Source: Escherichia coli
Lineage (GTDB): Bacteria; Pseudomonadota; Gammaproteobacteria; Enterobacterales; Enterobacteriaceae
Assembly (NCBI RefSeq): GCF_050920415.1
Contig: NZ_CP169309.1
Reading direction: 5' to 3' (one strand)
DNA length: 64,000 nt
Of the stretch, positions 61,721 through 64,000 are shown piece after piece. A program made the translations under genes and the position numbers. Within the stretch, counting starts at the first letter, position 1, and each line of letters starts with the position of its first letter. The notes under the pieces were generated by a model that was given only the letters and a program-made list of their open reading frames with translations, was not told the DNA's origin and did not search any database.

Positions 61721-62302
61721 TTATGCAGCGAGATTTTTTGCTACGAATTCCCAGTTCACCAGCGCCCAGAAGTGCTCCAGATAGCCAGGACGTGCATTGC
61801 GATAGTCGATGTAATAAGCGTGTTCCCAGACATCAACGGTCAGCAGTGGAGTCGCATCGGTGGTCAGCGGAGTACCCGCGTTAGAGGTTGAAACGATAGC
61901 CAGTTTGCCATCGCTGTTTTTCACCAGCCAGGTCCAGCCAGAACCAAAGTTTTTGATTGCTGCATCAGTAAACTGTGCTTTGAAATCGGCAAAGCTGCCA
62001 AAAGATGCGGCGATAGCTTCAGCGACTTTTCCAGTCGGTTCGCCACCCGCGTTCGGTGCCAGGCAGTTCCAGTAGAAAGTATGGTTCCAGACCTGAGCTG
62101 CGTTGTTGAATACGCCACCTTCAGAGCTGCGAATAATCTCTTCCAGTGATTTACCTTCAAACGCGGTACCTTTAATCAGGTTGTTCAGGTTAGTGACATA
62201 AGTCTGATGATGCTTGCCGTAGTGATACTCGATGGTTTCCGCAGAAATGTGCGGTGCCAGAGCATCTTTAGCATATGGTAGTGCAGGTAATTCGAATGAC
62301 AT
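61721..62302 (-). CDS. sodB: Iron superoxide dismutase
   Basis: 193 aa, [35 protein letters not shown]. Confidence 0.97.
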   Translation of the reverse strand: MSFELPALPYAKDALAPHISAETIEYHYGKHHQTYVTNLNNLIKGTAFEGKSLEEIIRSSEGGVFNNAAQVWNHTFYWNCLAPNAGGEPTGKVAEAIAASFGSFADFKAQFTDAAIKNFGSGWTWLVKNSDGKLAIVSTSNAGTPLTTDATPLLTVDVWEHAYYIDYRNARPGYLEHFWALVNWEFVAKNLAA

Positions 62303-62429
62303 TGCTACTCTCCTTTATTATTAATTTGCATACGTACAATAGCCTTATTGTGCGTATGGATAGGGTAGCAAATTAAAAGGTGAGACAAAAGATGAACTTA
62401 CCCTGTTGCCGTAACAACAGGGTAAAGTT

Positions 62430-63257
62430 TTAGCGAAGTGTTTTTGGGGTCATTACCCGGCGAGCGCCAACATAGTGGCGCTGCCAGTAGTCTTCACTGA
62501 GAGAAGTGATTTGAATTTCCTGACCCGTACGCGGTGACTGAATAAATTTGCCGTTGCCGACATACACGCCGACATGATCGGCTGTACCGCGTCCCTGAGT
62601 ACGGAAGAAGACCAGGTCGCCGTTTTTCAGTTCACTACGTTCGATAGGTGCTGCATCACGCAGGTGATACATTTCATTCGCCGTACGCGGAATACGAATT
62701 TTTACCAAATCTTTATAAGCGTAATAAACCAGACCGCTGCAATCAAAACCGGTACGCGGTGAGCTGCCACCCCAACGATATGGCTTACCAATTTGCTGCA
62801 TCAGTTTATTCATTGCCACTTTTGTGGCTTTTTGCACCTTCGCTTTGTGTGCGTCGGCAAGGGTTCCTGACGCGGCATTTTTGACTTTCACACAATGCGA
62901 TTTATAGCCCTTACGTTTGGTACACTTTTCGGTAAAGCTGGCTGAGGCCGTTTTATTGACGACGTGTTTGCTGCGAGTTTTGGCGTTTTTAGAAGCGGTA
63001 ATGGAAGATTTTTTAACGGAGGAAGCGGTTTTGCTTTTGGTCGTACTTTTACTGGCGGCTTTTTTCGCTGTTTTCTGGCTGGCTTTCTGGGTCTTTTTGG
63101 TGGTTGCCGTGCTTTTCTTTTTATCTGCTTTTTTGGTGATATGAGTGGTAGCAGAACTCTCCCTGGCTTGCTTTGAAGCATGGGCCATAGGCATTAAAGG
63201 CAGGGTGGTAAAAAGTAAAGCACAGAGCGTGATCGAAATACGGTTTATCCGCGCCAC
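62430..63257 (-). CDS. mepH: NlpC/P60 murein DD-endopeptidase (YdhO/MepH) with Lys/Thr/Ser/Ala-rich linker
   Basis: 275-aa ORF; signal peptide, low-complexity linker, C-terminal NlpC/P60 domain (DCSGLV); the first codon at 63255-63257 is GTG. Confidence 0.85.
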   Translation of the reverse strand: MARINRISITLCALLFTTLPLMPMAHASKQARESSATTHITKKADKKKSTATTKKTQKASQKTAKKAASKSTTKSKTASSVKKSSITASKNAKTRSKHVVNKTASASFTEKCTKRKGYKSHCVKVKNAASGTLADAHKAKVQKATKVAMNKLMQQIGKPYRWGGSSPRTGFDCSGLVYYAYKDLVKIRIPRTANEMYHLRDAAPIERSELKNGDLVFFRTQGRGTADHVGVYVGNGKFIQSPRTGQEIQITSLSEDYWQRHYVGARRVMTPKTLR

Positions 63258-63591
63258 TGAGCGTCCCTCTGTTAAGGCAGGTCTATCATGCCTGCGTCTG
63301 ATTTACAAAACTTGATAATTCTAATGCATAGAAGAAGAGAAAGTTAATAGCTTTTATTGTTAAAAAATACGTTTCGTCGGCGAGCGCAAAAAAATGCAGC
63401 AGTGGAAGCTAAAAATGGTTATAAATACGCCAGTTTGCCGTGCATAAGGGAAGAAACGAATATTTGAAATGCAACAAATAGAACAAAGGGATAAAATAGC
63501 AAAAGCGTGATGAAAATGTTATTTTCCGATGCCGCACTGACCCGCTACAATGTCAGATTACTGCCGTAAAGAAGTTTGAGGAAGCAAGACA

Positions 63592-63939
63592 ATGAGCACC
63601 ACTATCGAAAAAATCCAACGCCAGATTGCTGAAAACCCGATCCTGCTGTACATGAAAGGTTCACCGAAACTGCCGAGCTGCGGTTTCTCTGCCCAGGCAG
63701 TCCAGGCGCTTGCCGCATGTGGCGAACGTTTTGCCTATGTTGATATCCTGCAGAATCCGGACATTCGTGCGGAACTGCCGAAATATGCTAACTGGCCGAC
63801 CTTCCCGCAACTGTGGGTTGACGGCGAGCTGGTCGGCGGTTGTGATATCGTGATCGAAATGTATCAGCGTGGCGAACTGCAGCAGCTGATCAAAGAAACT
63901 GCCGCTAAATACAAGTCTGAAGAGCCGGACGCTGAATAA
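63592..63939 (+). CDS. grxD: Monothiol glutaredoxin Grx4
   Basis: 115 aa, CGFS active site (PSCGFSAQ). Confidence 0.95.
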   Translation: MSTTIEKIQRQIAENPILLYMKGSPKLPSCGFSAQAVQALAACGERFAYVDILQNPDIRAELPKYANWPTFPQLWVDGELVGGCDIVIEMYQRGELQQLIKETAAKYKSEEPDAE

Positions 63940-63955
63940 TCCGTCCTGCAATACT

Positions 63956-63990
63956 GACGGATGCGAACGGGCATCCGTCAGTCCTTTCTC
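63956..63990 (+). terminator. Hairpin terminator after grxD
   Basis: gacggatgc-gaacgg-gcatccgtc stem-loop followed by a T-rich run. Confidence 0.6.
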
Positions 63991-64000
63991 TATCCCCAAT

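Noticed and set aside
62401-62424. Hairpin accctgttg-ccgtaa-caacagggt just downstream of mepH
   Set aside because: Not followed by a U-tract on the mepH strand, so it is not a convincing intrinsic terminator; it may be a stabilising 3' stem-loop.
62888-63181. Pro/Lys-rich ORFs on both strands (62888-63181 minus, 62917-63144 and 62964-63176 plus)
   Set aside because: They lie within the low-complexity linker of mepH; the compositional bias keeps several frames open. One is simply an alternative frame of the mepH strand.

Overview
By gene order and protein sequence this window is a contiguous stretch of conserved Escherichia coli K-12-type core chromosome, running pheT to grxD in reverse orientation relative to MG1655 (roughly the 1.73-1.80 Mb region; placement is from memory, not a search). 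It holds about 60 protein genes, two tandem tRNA-Val genes and the sRNAs rprA and, probably, rydB. I found no integrase, transposase, phage module, CRISPR array or gene-order break, so I see no evidence for a previously undescribed system here. The least-characterised loci are the FNR-box-preceded ydhYVWXUT oxidoreductase cluster, the ydiQRST-fadK/ydiO-ydiF ETF and acyl-CoA cluster, YdhT with its nonapeptide repeats, and the barrel-less autotransporter-like YdhQ. The ORF track uses GTG/TTG as starts, so several 5' ends were trimmed to an in-frame ATG matching the remembered N-terminus. Operator and terminator calls are read from the sequence by eye; no alignments or folding were computed.
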